Positions 24,631 through 26,564 of a DNA stretch of 26,564 nucleotides are shown piece after piece (within the stretch, counting starts at the first letter, position 1; each line of letters starts with the position of its first letter). The DNA lies in IMG/VR virus record IMGVR_UViG_3300015078_000001, positions 82,468-109,031 of that record; one strand, given 5' to 3'. The translations under genes and the position numbers were made by a program. The stretch is from a virus. A model generated the notes under the pieces. That model did not search any database and was not told the origin of the DNA. It saw only the letters and a list, made by a program, of their open reading frames with translations.

Positions 24631-25038
24631 TTACTCCTGTGGTTCCAGATCAGACAACTTCATCTTATATACTTTATACGGCAGAAGTTCGAAGACGCTG
24701 GATTCAGCTATATTATTAACTGATTCATCTGTTCCTAAAAAATATATCTCAGATACTCCCTGAATAGTCCCCTGAGATACTAAAAACTGTATAAATTCTT
24801 TGAAGGCTACCGCTGTTTCAGCGTCAGATGCCTCGGGATTTTTAGCTATAGTTTCCAGCATATACGGTCGTTGAACAGGCATATACGAAATAACATGCTT
24901 CTTGTTATAACTAGCTAAAGTAAAAACTCCGGGCTGATAGGCCATTTCCGGATCAAATCCGGGAACAGGTATAGACCATTCTAAAAACTTACTACCTTCT
25001 GTATTCCGGGCTGGCCGGACAAATACGTGGCTACTCAT
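24631..25038 (-). CDS. GNAT-fold-like protein of the podovirus tail/ejection module
   Basis: FVRPA N-terminus; GV.EIYF and ...FE.L pattern; syntenic position between nozzle and pilot genes. Confidence 0.45.
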   Translation of the reverse strand: MSSHVFVRPARNTEGSKFLEWSIPVPGFDPEMAYQPGVFTLASYNKKHVISYMPVQRPYMLETIAKNPEASDAETAVAFKEFIQFLVSQGTIQGVSEIYFLGTDESVNNIAESSVFELLPYKVYKMKLSDLEPQE

Positions 25039-25052
25039 AATCCTCTTAACTT

Positions 25053-25391
25053 TTAATTTATCGGCTGCCCGAAGGCTTTTTGTAATGCTTGTAACGCTAA
25101 GTTTCTTATATAAGTATTAACATCAACACTTCCTCTGCTTCGTACCATAGAAGTAAAAGGAAAGAATCGGCTTGAATCGGTATCAGATGTGAACTCCGCA
25201 GGAGCCTGACCTCTTAACGGCCCTGGATTTCCGGGAACACTAAGAACAGTTTGAGAAGTAGCTTGTAGTGCATTCTGATAACTGCCGTGATTTGCTACGG
25301 GAGGGACAATCATGTGTTCAGCAGGATCGCCCTCCATTGGAGAAGCACTTGTATGATAACTACTTGCGAGTCGTTCAGATATAGATGGCAT
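25053..25391 (-). CDS. Hypothetical structural-module protein
   Basis: TAATG coupling with the nozzle gene; GAGG RBS. Confidence 0.6.
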   Translation of the reverse strand: MPSISERLASSYHTSASPMEGDPAEHMIVPPVANHGSYQNALQATSQTVLSVPGNPGPLRGQAPAEFTSDTDSSRFFPFTSMVRSRGSVDVNTYIRNLALQALQKAFGQPIN

Positions 25392-26563
25392 TATTCCTCA
25401 TACATCAGTTTACCAAATATAGATAAAGTCAGCAGTTCGTTCTTGAAACTCTCGGTCGGAAAGCTTATCTTTACCTGCATATGTCTGCATAACGCGGCAT
25501 CATTTCCCTGAGACAAATCAAATCGTCGGGATAGTACCGTTTTACTTGGAGTAAGTACCGCAGGACTATCTACGGAATTAACAAGAGTTTCAAATCCACC
25601 GGATATTTCATCCAGCAGAACGCCCACACTTGGTATAGAACCTACTTTTTGAAGTTCAAGATTTATACTCGATACTTCCGCCAATTGACCCGGCTGTGCG
25701 AGTACCAAACTTCCTATGGTTATGAAAGCGGAATAACTATTTCCATTATCGTTAAAAATAGAAAGATTTCTTACCAAAACGGTTCCGTTACTCTGACCAA
25801 CAAATAACTGATGTACGCCGGGAGAAGTTTCTACAGATACAACAGCAGTCGCCCCGCCTACCAAAGTAGCTTCCGGACTCCACGCCGGCCCGCCTTCCGG
25901 GGGTTGGTTCCAGTTACATCGAAACCAGCTTCCGACACCATCTTCTATAAATACTGCTTTATCCCTGGTACCAGATATCAAAGAAGCAACGTAAACACTA
26001 CCCGGATCATAATTTGCTTCTAACTGATCGCCGATAGCAAACCCTATTTCATTTAATCCTGATGCAGTTCCGACAAGGAATTGTTTATCGGAAGTATACA
26101 TAAATATATTACTTCCTGATATATCGAGAGCATTCCATGACAAAATACCTAACCCTTCCTGATATATCATAGAATAAAAGGTAGAAGTAGTTGTACCGAC
26201 TATTATCCAGGTATCATCAGTAGTAAAAACCAATAATCCGTTGGATATAGGAATAAGCTTTTTAACAGGTGACGGAAAACTAAATACATTCTCAGGAGGG
26301 AATGATTCGTTTCCGTTTCCTAAAAGAGTATCAGGCCCACCGGCATAATATACAAAATTACCTACTGATCCCCATATCCTGTTTAAGTGATATGTAAGAT
26401 TTATTAACCCTGCCGGAGGAGGATTATTTTCAAAAGTAGGAGATAACAAAAAGAAACTAAATAAATTTAAAGAACTATCGGGAGAAGTATCCAGAATACT
26501 GGTGCTGGTGTTAGAATAAGGAGAAGTTGGAAGTTCAAAAAAAGTACTACCGCCATCTTTAGT
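25391..26563 (-). CDS. Tail nozzle/stabilisation protein (P22 gp10 / tail tubular B-like), N-terminus outside the window
   Basis: The frame stays open to the window end (TKDGGSTFFELP...NNPPP...HLNRIWGSVGN.VYY...ESFP); beta-propeller-like composition. Confidence 0.7.
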   Translation of the reverse strand, partial: TKDGGSTFFELPTSPYSNTSTSILDTSPDSSLNLFSFFLLSPTFENNPPPAGLINLTYHLNRIWGSVGNFVYYAGGPDTLLGNGNESFPPENVFSFPSPVKKLIPISNGLLVFTTDDTWIIVGTTTSTFYSMIYQEGLGILSWNALDISGSNIFMYTSDKQFLVGTASGLNEIGFAIGDQLEANYDPGSVYVASLISGTRDKAVFIEDGVGSWFRCNWNQPPEGGPAWSPEATLVGGATAVVSVETSPGVHQLFVGQSNGTVLVRNLSIFNDNGNSYSAFITIGSLVLAQPGQLAEVSSINLELQKVGSIPSVGVLLDEISGGFETLVNSVDSPAVLTPSKTVLSRRFDLSQGNDAALCRHMQVKISFPTESFKNELLTLSIFGKLMYEE

Positions 26564-26564
26564 T

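Noticed and set aside
17530-26023. Plus-strand ORFs inside structural genes (17530, 18435, 20520, 21380, 23285, 23460, 25287, 25811) and the minus ORFs 21466-21657 and 22945-23217
   Set aside because: They overlap longer, better-supported genes and look like shadow ORFs; 22945-23217 conflicts with two RBS-bearing + genes
26447-26449. TTG at 26449 as the start of the nozzle gene
   Set aside because: The reading frame remains open and protein-like to the window edge, so the gene is truncated by the window
1-26564. Stop-codon reassignment suggested by the many short ORFs; tRNA, rRNA, CRISPR or integrase
   Set aside because: Long conserved genes are intact in the standard code and the short ORFs have their own RBS or coupled junctions; no RNA gene, array or integrase was recognised by eye

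Overview
This window is a gene-dense fragment of a tailed dsDNA phage, or possibly a prophage, with two convergent arms meeting at a bidirectional hairpin terminator (~15873-15915). The + arm (1-15856) covers replication, regulation and nucleotide metabolism. It encodes a metallophosphoesterase C-terminus, a CHC2-zinc-finger primase-helicase, a beta sliding clamp, an HNH protein, a sigma factor, a SleB-like hydrolase and endonuclease VII. These are followed by a tight run of metallophosphoesterase, dATP/dGTP diphosphohydrolase-like, HAD nucleotidase, SemiSWEET-like membrane protein, Nudix, MazG and an intein-containing ribonucleotide reductase. The - arm (15924-26564) is a podovirus-like virion module: tail nozzle, GNAT-like protein, pilot protein, lysozyme-like protein and two large ejection proteins, interrupted by a two-gene antisense cassette. 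Main highlights: (1) a 15-bp pseudo-palindrome GTCC-RGWAAAT-GGAC found about 10 times inside genes, in different frames and on both strands, which suggests a genome-wide protein-binding-site system; (2) a Pro-starting, class-3-like LAGLIDADG intein at the RNR catalytic cysteine; (3) a nucleotide-pool remodelling cluster that includes a small transporter. All calls come from reading motifs by eye; no database searches were run.
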